From the NCBI GenBank assembly GCA_039096225.1, contig JBBPEB010000018.1:62001-126000 (forward strand): a stretch of DNA of 64,000 nt, written 5' to 3'. Source of the stretch: Blastocystis sp. Blastoise. Taxonomy: Eukaryota; Protista; Bigyra: Opalinata. Below are positions 55,250 to 64,000 of this stretch, piece by piece; the first letter of the stretch is position 1; every line of letters begins with the position of its first letter. Both the position numbers and the translations under genes were made by a program. The notes beneath the pieces were generated by a model. That model was not told the DNA's origin. It made no database searches and saw only the letters and a list, made by a program, of their open reading frames with translations.

Positions 55250-55827
55250 AGCAAAAACAAGTCTTATACAGAAAATGATGAAATCATTATTTCATGAAAA
55301 CCTTTAGAAAAAACCGCAATTATTTTTAAAACAAAAGACTTGAAAGAATACATTTTCATGATAATTTTTCTTTATGTTTGTCTTGCTTTTAATGATGATT
55401 ATGATATTTTTTTGTAGCTTAATACACTTTCATTAATTTATTCAACGTAATGAGAGTCATTTAAAAATTTAAATGTTTAAGATACTATAGTAATAGTCAA
55501 TTTAGTAATTAATTGATACTTAAGCTCATTTATCTAAGTGCTTTTTCATATAAAGACATTGAAAAAAATAGTTTGTCTGCATAGTTCATTCAATTTAACT
55601 GATAATAATGAAAACACTATTCCATTTTTGTACTTTATACTATGAAATAGTGTAGATTAACATCTCATAATGATAAGTGATAGATATAGAATTTTATTTC
55701 TTAATAATTTTTACGATATCAAAAAAAACAAATGTTTTATAATTACAAAAATTAATTGAAATAATAATGAAATACAAGAGAAATATGATGAATAATAAAT
55801 AATTGAATAAGTATAATAAAAGAAGAG

Positions 55828-58800
55828 TTAATAAGAATGATCAAAAGGAATAGTTTGTGGATAAATCACATCTTTCATTCTTTGATATCCCTTAAGAGTA
55901 TTTTCATAAACCCATGAGAAAATATCATAATTAAAAGAATCCTTATAATTTGAAGTATCATTTTCTTTTGTTTGATCCATGTTTTCTTCATGATTCTTAT
56001 ATAATTCTTCCATCATATGGAAAGCAGAAGATAGATCATCAGAATCATCATCACTATCTTCTTCCTCATTATTATTATTCGATTCATTATCATTATTCGA
56101 TTCATTATCATTATTTGATTCATTATTATTAGTATTATTAGTATCGTTCTCTACAATAGTATCTTCAGTAACAGTAGTATTATTAATATTTATAGATCCC
56201 TCATCATGATTATTTATAGAAGAATTATTCATATCCATACTAATGTCTTCTTCTTCATTTTCTCCTTCTCTTGCTTCTTCTTCATCTTCATTACCATTTT
56301 CTCTTTCTTCTTCTCTTTCTTCTTCTCCTTCTCCTTCTTCTCCTTCATTTTCTCCTTCTTGCATGGGATACATTTCTTCAATCGATGGTATAGGGTTTAA
56401 ACTAGGATTATAATTAATATTTTTTTCCCATGGGAATGTATCGATTTCATTTTGTTCTTTATATGTCGATATAAGTGTATTATATTCATCTATCCATCCA
56501 CATTCTTTAATAATATATATGCAACTTTCTTGTATATCCTGTAACATACATGCATCATTAAAACTAGAAATATATCAATTTATTAATATATATTATATAT
56601 AAAAGTTAATGAAATGAAAAATAACATATAATTATAAATTGATAGTATTAAATATATATATATATATATACACATCTAAATGAAAAAGTCCTACTCTTTC
56701 TTTATTAATAAGAAGACGTGGAAGTGATGGGGATGACATTAAAGGAATCAATCTATATATATTTATTGTATATATAATAATCATAATCATTATAATAATC
56801 ATAATAATCATAATCATTATAATCATAATCATAATCATTATAATAATCATTATAATCATAATAATCATAATCATTATAATCATATATACATACGCCATAG
56901 GTCGAACATGAAGTGATGTTCCCATGACGAGTAGCGCATCACTACTATCGATATCTTGAGGTAATTGACGATAAAAATCATCACAAAGATCTTCGTAGAA
57001 AAACACAATATCAGGCTTTAGAGAAAATAATAGAATAATTGTTGTAAATATAAAGAGAATGTATATTAAATATAAACATATATATAGAAGAAAAAATATA
57101 TGAAAAAAGAAATATATGTATATATAGTAATAAAAAGTAAAAGTATATATAATATCTAAATATATATTGATATATATACCTTAACATAGGATTCGCATGC
57201 TTCACAAACTGGAATCACATGACGATAAACACATTCCTTTAATCTATATATATATAATATATATATATAATTATATATACTATTATGATTATAATTAGAT
57301 ATCAGTTATATAAAAATGAATGACTATAAATAAGAAGAATACCTTTCAATATTATATGGTTTTTTGCAATTAATACATTTGGCAGAAAAGAAATGTCCAT
57401 GGCCCATTGTACATAGAGAAGGAGATAATCCAGATTTAAATTCTAATCCTGTATATATATATATATATGTTAATAAAATAATATTATGAATAAAACCATA
57501 GTATTTTGATAAAGAAAATATATATTTATAATACATTTAATAATATATATTAATATACCATCAATATTTTGAGTATAGATTCTACGTATGACTTGATGTT
57601 CTTCTAATAGTTTTAAGAAGAAATGAGCAGGAGTAGGATGAGGAAGAGATGCTTTGTTTTCATTATAAAATAATTGAGAAGATAAGATATAAAAGATAAC
57701 TAGAGAAACAAATAGAATGAAGAATAGTATTATAAATAATAAATTCCTAGATTATGAGAAAAAGAAAGAGATTAAAAGAGATAATTTATGTATATATTAA
57801 AGAAATAACAATAAAATATACCTGGATACACTTTAAAGAATCTTAAATCGAATACAATCGATGGATCTTTGAAATGAGGTACATGGTAATTCGAAATTGT
57901 ATTATAAAGACCAGTAGGACTTCGAAAATCAGGTATACCAGCTCCTATTAAAATATATAGAATTTTAGAAATAATAATGTATTATGAGAGATTCTATATC
58001 TCTTTATAGGTACAATTAATAAACATATGATAATAATAAGCATATGATAATAATAAACATATAATAATAATAAACATATAATAATAATAAACATATAATA
58101 ATAATAAACATATAATAATACTAAACATATAATAATAATAAACATATAATAATAATAAACATATAATAATAATAAACATATAATAATAATAAACATATAA
58201 TAATAATAAACATATAATAATAATAAACATATAATAATAATAAACATATGATAATAATAATGTTTATAAATAAAATTATACCTGTTGATAATCCTGCTCC
58301 TCCTAAAACAATCATATTTTTATAAACACCATTCTTAATATTATTTATAAATTCTTGAACTGAAATATTATTTCCATTCCAATAATGAAATGTACCTAGA
58401 TTCTTCATGTAATTTAATTCATTCATTGCAGAAAGTAGCTGAGAATAAGGCAAACGAAATAATCGACTAAGTGTAGTTGTTTCACTATTATCATTATATT
58501 CTTTAACAATATTATCTATAACATCACTTTCATCATCAGATCCACTTATCTGATCTAAACGATCCGCAAACGCCTGAGCTTCTTTTGAGTGAATTTGCAT
58601 ATCATCACTTTCTTCACTACTTGATTCATTGTTTTGATCCTCCTCTGATGACATCATTTGATCATTATCAACTGAACTCTCCTGATATCTAGATCCAAAA
58701 GTTGGCATATCAGGATCAACAATAATGTTCGATGAAACATATGGAGAATAAGCTATATTTATATTATTCTACATATTTAATACTAATTTCATACAATAGG

Positions 58801-59075
58801 CATCACTGAAGCTTGAACCCATATCTAAATCATCCTTGAATGAAACCTCATCCAAATTATTATTCAAAATATCTAGATCTATATCTATAAAATAATTATA
58901 CTATCAATATATTATTTATTATATACCCTGTGAGTCATTCAAATATTGATTTATATTCAAATCAGAAGAAGCATTGTCATCACTTGACGTTTCTAATGAT
59001 TGAATCACTATATATCATATGTAGTTATGTTTCTAACCAACTTGTCATACTCTTTTTTATTGCATCTTTATCCAT
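55828..59075 (-). CDS. Class I sirtuin (SIR2/Hst2/SIRT2-like) with acidic extensions
   Basis: GAGLSTGAGIPDFRSPTGLY, PTPAHFFLKLL, IYTQNIDGLE, HG, CINC...CEAC, KPDIVFF, LLVMGTSLHVRP, LLINKE. Confidence 0.92.
58020..58260 (+). repeat. 17-bp minisatellite (AAACATATAATAATAAT)n in a sirtuin intron
   Basis: Direct reading. Confidence 0.9.
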
Positions 59076-59424
59076 TGAGTGAATGAAAACAAAAACACTT
59101 TTGTATTCTGTTCTATTTATGTTTTCCCTATGTCATATATTTCGATTTCTCCCTTATGAACTTATTTTTCTTTCTTTATTTAAAAATATATACACATTAC
59201 TACAGCATCGATTATAAAAAAAAAGTCTTAATCTATACATCTATACGTTGTCATTATTCTAATGATACAAAATAAACAAAATAATAGCATAAATAATTAC
59301 CCAATGACTTTAAAATAGTAGTTTACATATCGAAAAAAATGAAAAAGAGATAAAAAAATAACAAAAGTAAAAAGTTTAGATTAGATCCGCCTGTTAAAAT
59401 GTTTAAACACTAAAGTTAATATCT

Positions 59425-59814
59425 TTAGAAGAAGAAACCAAGAATCTTACCACCAGTTCTTCTCTTACGACATTCTTCGTGATCAATAATACCATAGGAG
59501 GTAGTAAGGACGATGTGTCCGAAACCACGAGCGGGGAGAATCTTGTTGGTCCATTGTTCAATTTCATCAACGGTGACATCAAAACGGGGAGAGATACAAC
59601 CACACTTGTTAAGACGACCATTAAGTTGGACAATAACCTTTCCAGCTCTGTGGTTATCGACAATTTCGATTTCATCGATGTAACCGTTCTTTTGCATGAC
59701 GGTGAGGAACTTAACAAGAACCTTAGAACAAGGTCTGACGAGAACTTGTCTCTTACCACGTTTTTCAGCGTTGGTAATGGTCTTAAGGGCGTTAGCTAAA
59801 ACATTCATAAGCAT
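59425..59814 (-). CDS. RPS15A: 40S ribosomal protein S15a (uS8), intronless CDS
   Basis: [18 protein letters not shown]...[15 protein letters not shown]...GGKILGFFF; higher GC, biased codons. Confidence 0.98.
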   Translation of the reverse strand: MLMNVLANALKTITNAEKRGKRQVLVRPCSKVLVKFLTVMQKNGYIDEIEIVDNHRAGKVIVQLNGRLNKCGCISPRFDVTVDEIEQWTNKILPARGFGHIVLTTSYGIIDHEECRKRRTGGKILGFFF

Positions 59815-60984
59815 GGTGAAGAGAATAGGACAAAAAAATAGATTATTGAAAATAAGTTATAAAAAGACATATATGAACATCATAATGTATATATAAGATA
59901 ATAATAAGCACATACGAAGAATTGGGCTGTAAAAAGAAACTTTAAAACAAGCAGAAATATGTGAAATATGCAAAAAGAAAAATGTGGTGGTCGTAGTGGA
60001 AAAGCTGACAAGTGGAGTTTTAAGCTTGAAAAATTAATGGTGGAAAATTTCGGATGGTGATTTTCGTCGTGGACATTTAAAAAAAATAATGGAAATCAAA
60101 AAAAAATTCATTTATTTTGGTGTTTTGCGTAATAGTAGGGGATATACTCATTGGCCTATACTAGAGAGTATTCTTTATTTGATGAAAAATGGTTTTTATA
60201 TGTTTTTCTTTGTTAACATAATGTAGAGTTGATTTATATAAAACACAGTGATTTATTATTTTATTAGATTGAACAATGAGATTTTTTACTATTTTTAAGA
60301 AAAATTAAAGTTAAAATTGATACTTAGTTAGACTATTCCCTTGATATGAATATATTAGAAACATCTATTATGTAGATTTATTATCTAACATATTTTAGCA
60401 TCATATCTATCTTTTAAATACAAAAAAAGATAAATCACTTTTATGATTTCAAAACTGATAATCATATTTATTCACTGAATTTAATGTAAATATAATTTAT
60501 TTTATACATTAATGATTTTGAGAATAAATGAAATACATTTAGACAGCATTGTTATTATCCTAATGACCGTTCTTTTAGCTATTGAATGCATATTTCTAAT
60601 ATCAATATCTAATTAGATTCAATAAACCATTTTCAGACAAATTGAATACAATTATCATTAATTTTGAAACTATTGATACTAATTTTTCTTTTTTTTCTTC
60701 TTTTATTTTGGTTTGTTAGAAGTATCTAATCTTTTGGCTCTCTATATAGAAGCATACAAGCATTGAGATAATACATTTCATAAATCACGTCCAATGACTA
60801 TTACAGTTCCTTCTTTACAGCGTGTATTATACATTACCAATAAACTGTATAAATTAATTTTTTAACAAAAAATAACAAGTAAATCTTATAACGCATCAGA
60901 AAATGAATGTACAGAAAACTGAATAAAAAAAAAGAACCGTTTTTCTTCACAAAAATTATTGTTCCTTTTCTTGTGCCTATAAAC

Positions 60985-62546
60985 ATGAATCAGACTCGTT
61001 TTGATATTGATGATCTTTGCAAAGAGGCTTTGTCTGGAATTGGAAAAGCAGAGCCCCACAATCAGTCATTACATAACATTGAAATTCTTTTACGTCGAGA
61101 TCCTGAGATTGAAACACATGCAAAAATTAATATTGGCTATACAGTGCTTACATATCTTCGTTACTTTGGTCGTAAATATGATTCTGCAAGGTTATGTCTT
61201 AATGTCGTTCTGCTTATAATTGATGATCGTATGCTTATTCCCTCTTTATATTTGTTTATTTCGTGTTTCTAGCGTACATTGCTACCATGATGGTGAACCG
61301 TAATATATTAAATTGTTTAAAGATCGTTATGGATAAATTTGATCAAGATAATGTTATTGTTGAGTCTTCGTTTAATATTATCGAAAAATTAATGAATTCA
61401 AGTATTTTTTCACTTTATCAAATAATATATATCATCAATTATAATCATTAATATTGAATATAGATGAATCTTATAATGCTTTAATGGAGCGAGGTATTAT
61501 ATATTTACTTGTTGCTCGTGTAGATACAAATCGTCGTTCTGAAAATGTAGTTCGACATGGACTGAGTTTATTACGTTCACTTATTATTCAAAAACGTATA
61601 TTTATAAAGAATTATTATATACTAAATAATAATTATATTTTGTTATATATATGTTTTAGTTATATATTATTTTTTATTGTTTTATATATGTCTTTTATTG
61701 GTATTTTATATACTATTTCAATAAATATATTTATATATATGGAATGATATTATTATATTTACTATAGATATGGATGAATCTATATTAACACATGAAGTGT
61801 ATTCCCAATTAATTGATAGTTTATATTCATTTTTATTAATCTATCCTGAAAATGCATTTATTAGTTTACATGCTGTTTATATATTCTCCTGGATTGTCGA
61901 GAAGAATGGTATGCTATATGTTATATATATATTTTATCTATATACTTATCTATCTCTATATATATATTTTTATCTATATATTTGTTTTTATCTATATATT
62001 ATCTATCTCTATATATATATTTTATCTATATATTTGTTTTTCTATATATATTATCTATCTCTATATATATAGATAAATCCTTAATTGAATTATTATTAAA
62101 ACAGAATATATTTCAATATATCGATTTAATTGTAGACAAACAGCGTGAAGATCAATGTGTCTCTGCCTGCTTTATTCTAGCCAATCAAGTTGTTCGTTGC
62201 TATAGTATTTATGCTTATATTTATTCTATTTATTATAATAATTTTATTTATTATGATAATTTTATTTATTATGATAATTTTATTTATTAATATTAATTTT
62301 ATTTATTATATATATTATATTTATTAATATTAATTTATTATTAATAATATACAGCATATCTCATATATATACTATACTATATGTTTATCTAGATAAGAAT
62401 AACGGAAGTAAGGAGCGTCTTTTTGAGTTTATTTCAGTATCTCAAATAATCCGGTCGACAACATCACTATTACAGAATGTATATATGTTTGATAATGGAG
62501 AAATGAGTACATATATGATTCTATTCCTGTCAGAAATATCAAAATC

Positions 62547-62583
<37 letters not shown>

Positions 62584-63556
62584 CTACTTATTCTTAACAT
62601 ATTCTATATACATTATATTCTATTGACCACATACTATATAGTAAATATGACGTCGATGTGTGTCTCCCAAGGGATTATACCCATTCTTATCAATATATAT
62701 ACATCTCATAAGAATAAAATCACTCTCCTTACGGCCTGTCTCTGCTTCTTAAATACTATTGCTTCTACGGGTATTTTATATTTAATTATTCTGTTTATTA
62801 TTATATTTATTATCATATTTATTATTATATTATTATTATTATATTATTATTTTATTATTATTTTATTATTATTTTATTATTATTTTATTATTATATTTAT
62901 TTATTCATGTATTATATATATAAATAATTCATATATATTCTTTAGATACATATTATTCTATGGTATATAATCAGGTCTTCATTAATTCCTTACTAAGTAC
63001 ACTTCTGCTCTATAAAGAAGATGAGAAGTTTGTTATTACATGCTTAGGAATGATACAACTATTAGCTAAAGATGGTATATATATATATATATATAGAATT
63101 ATGTGTATTCATAAAATAATAATTTATATATATAGAAGAGATGAGTGATTATTTATTTAAAAAAGATATATATTCTTATATAAATCCTTTGTTTACTTTA
63201 TATATAAATAATAGTACTATATGCCAAATAATTGTAGGTATACTTATTAATATTGTTACTAAAGGTATATATATAGATCATAAGTTATTATTATTTAAAT
63301 TATAAATTATAGATTACACATATATATTATATTATAATATTATAGGAGATAAATATGTTCATTACTTCTTGGATAGTGATATTATTAAGTATATATCGTG
63401 TATGCTCTTCAATAATGAAAACAATAACCCTCTCATCTATAACTGCTTATCCTTCCTCTTATTCTTATCTTATTCAGGTATTATATTATTATTATATATA
63501 TTTATTTATTATTATTTATTTATTCTTCTATAACATATAATAACTCTATTAACTCT

Positions 63557-63608
<52 letters not shown>

Positions 63609-63755
63609 AAAGGTGTTCGTGAAATCTTACAAGCAGGAATTGAGCCATTTTTAGAGGATCTTCTTCCTGACTCTATAGGTAGAGGTTGCTATGAATTATG
63701 CAACGCATTATCTATAAGAATCGATATGAAGAAAATCGATAATATTATTATTTAA
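60985..63755 (+). CDS. ARM/HEAT-like alpha-solenoid repeat protein, 11 exons
   Basis: Hand-spliced open frame from ATG 60985 to TAA 63753-63755. About 43-aa units with ARM-like patterns (LMERGIIYLLV, VSQGIIPILI, ILQAGIEPFL). Confidence 0.75.
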
Positions 63756-64000
63756 ATATATATATATATTTATTCTTTATTCAAAGTTGGTTGTATTTAC
63801 CTGTATATATAATATAATTATTCATTTTCATTCTTTTTTTTGGTAGTTTTAACTATAATAAAATAGTAACATTTATTCTTTTTCAATTTTTTTTTTTCTT
63901 CTTCTTCTTCATGTTTTTTCATATTTTATAAGTTTCTTTATAAGAACTTCTTTTCAGATACTTTTTTTTTGAATTCATGTTTTATATAATTTTTTCTTTA

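Noticed and set aside
59403-59896. Overlapping and antisense ORFs on RPS15A
   Set aside because: Shadow ORFs from biased codon use in a highly expressed gene.
59815-59935. 5'-UTR micro-exon/intron of RPS15A (TACAG|CCCAATTCTTC|GTATGT)
   Set aside because: No AG acceptor before the ATG; a short pyrimidine-rich leader explains the region without splicing.

Overview
Extremely AT-rich, intron-dense eukaryotic DNA using the standard genetic code. It is most compatible with an AT-rich Blastocystis-like stramenopile. That assignment is an inference from many 30-60 nt GT-AG introns, a TGTTTGTT element after one gene, a GH29 fucosidase and a minor-class intron. The window has two zones. About 1-23 kb holds non-autonomous rolling-circle (Helitron-like) elements and decayed genes. 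One element ends in a hairpin plus CTAG|T at 6112 and carries two tRNA-like cloverleafs and exon cargo between ~1.1-kb direct repeats. There is also an inverted, 5'-TC-starting relative, three ~3-kb copies ending in hairpin plus CTTG|T (two head-to-tail, one inside an intron), and a multiply disrupted NOL6/Utp22 copy. About 24-64 kb holds compact housekeeping genes: PRA1 family, MOT1/BTAF1, a lineage-family pseudogene, alpha-L-fucosidase, LSM4, a cold-shock-domain protein, PRELI/Ups, ARP6, TFB4, a GST-fold protein, gamma-COP, a class I sirtuin, RPS15A and an ARM-like repeat protein. The best findings are the tRNA-like module with a compensatory base change inside the Helitron, an AT-AC (U12-type) intron in ARP6, the CTTG-ending Helitron-like family, and the one-repeat-per-exon gene. 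Gene models were spliced by hand; most ORF-track entries are microsatellite artefacts or exon-plus-intron read-throughs.
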